NCBI GenBank assembly: GCA_951406725.2
Contig: OX597820.1
Span: 56,296,001 to 56,360,000 of the forward strand
Direction: 5' to 3'
DNA from: Octopus vulgaris
Taxonomy: Eukaryota
Length of the DNA: 64,000 nt
Positions 63,183 through 64,000 of the stretch are shown in pieces. Within the stretch, counting starts at the first letter, position 1. Each line of letters begins with the position of its first letter. Under the pieces are notes generated by a model. It was not told the origin of the DNA and searched no databases. It saw only the letters and a program-made list of their open reading frames with translations. The translations under genes and the position numbers were made by a program.

Positions 63183-63440
63183 CGAAACACGCATGGAGTT
63201 GAACTAGGGACTGCTGATGAAGGGGAATTTTCCTTGTATCGTTTGTCTTGTACTCTGTTTTTTCGTTGTTAAAAAAAGTCTGTTTCCATGTTTGTTTTTA
63301 CGTTTTCGTTTCTCGTTGAGTTCTATGTCTATTTGTGGTGTCCTGTACTCACATATATATATTTATATATGCATGTATATATACATGTAGATGTAGGTAC
63401 GTACATATATGTATGTATGCATATATTTTATTCATTAATT

Positions 63441-63471
<31 letters not shown>

Positions 63472-63578
63472 GTGTATGTATTATATATGTATATAGAATA
63501 TATACATATATATCTATATACATATATATATATCACACATATACATATTTAATACATGCATATGTATATATGTATATA

Positions 63579-63777
63579 GTAAATCCCCCAAAAAGATCAA
63601 CAAACACAAAAAAAAAACAATGCGAGGACATGGTACATGTAAAGTATTAGCAGACGCTCAGGGAAGGAAAAGAAGCCTCGTTTAACATTTTGAGCAATGC
63701 TCTTCTTCAGAAACAGGAAAATCCAATAGAAAGGAAGTCGGAGGAAGAAAATCGTCAACGATTCACATGTGGTTACA
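63579..63777 (-). mobile_element. Family H1 hammerhead element, CpG-decayed; motif 63680-63714
   Basis: gttt-CTGAAGA-a-gagc(att)gctc-AAAA-tg-TT-aaac; shares the gacgctcag and gaggac blocks with the other H1 copies. Confidence 0.7.
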
Positions 63778-63791
63778 TACACACACACACG

Positions 63792-63827
<36 letters not shown>

Positions 63828-64000
63828 ATTTAGAGAAAAACCTATTAAGCAATTCAATAGTGAAAGACGTTATTCACACCATATGGGAAAAAACTGAATA
63901 TACTATAAAAAAACAATTATTCTAAAAATCAATAAAGTACATAAACAATAAATAGTAAATTGACTACATAAGTTAAATTACTTATATAAGTTAGCTAATT

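Overview
AT-rich, microsatellite- and SINE-saturated animal genomic DNA. The repeat content suggests a coleoid cephalopod (Octopus-like); this is an inference, not checked by search. No host gene is confidently recognisable, only weak exon candidates, and nearly all short ORFs in the track are microsatellite or SINE artefacts. The one long ORF (12277-14985, minus strand, 902 aa) is a young, near-intact Penelope-like retroelement (RT + C-terminal GIY-YIG, Hydra-clade-like). It has 192-bp pseudo-LTRs, each folding into a type I hammerhead ribozyme, and sits in a (TA)n tract whose empty site survives in a local duplicate (20393-22197). About ten short non-coding elements elsewhere in the window carry minimal hammerhead motifs, most embedded in (TA)n/(CA)n tracts. 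One is a tRNA-headed SINE-like unit with a hammerhead and an 11-bp TSD. Next to the autonomous element is a circularly permuted and inverted 490-bp unit. Together these suggest a Penelope-driven, retrozyme-like system. Also present: Tx1/L1, Dong/R4 and RTE remnants; mariner/Tc1, hAT, piggyBac and Helitron-like elements; a tandem SINE array; long foldbacks; and an apparent CpG-depleted/retained/depleted domain structure.
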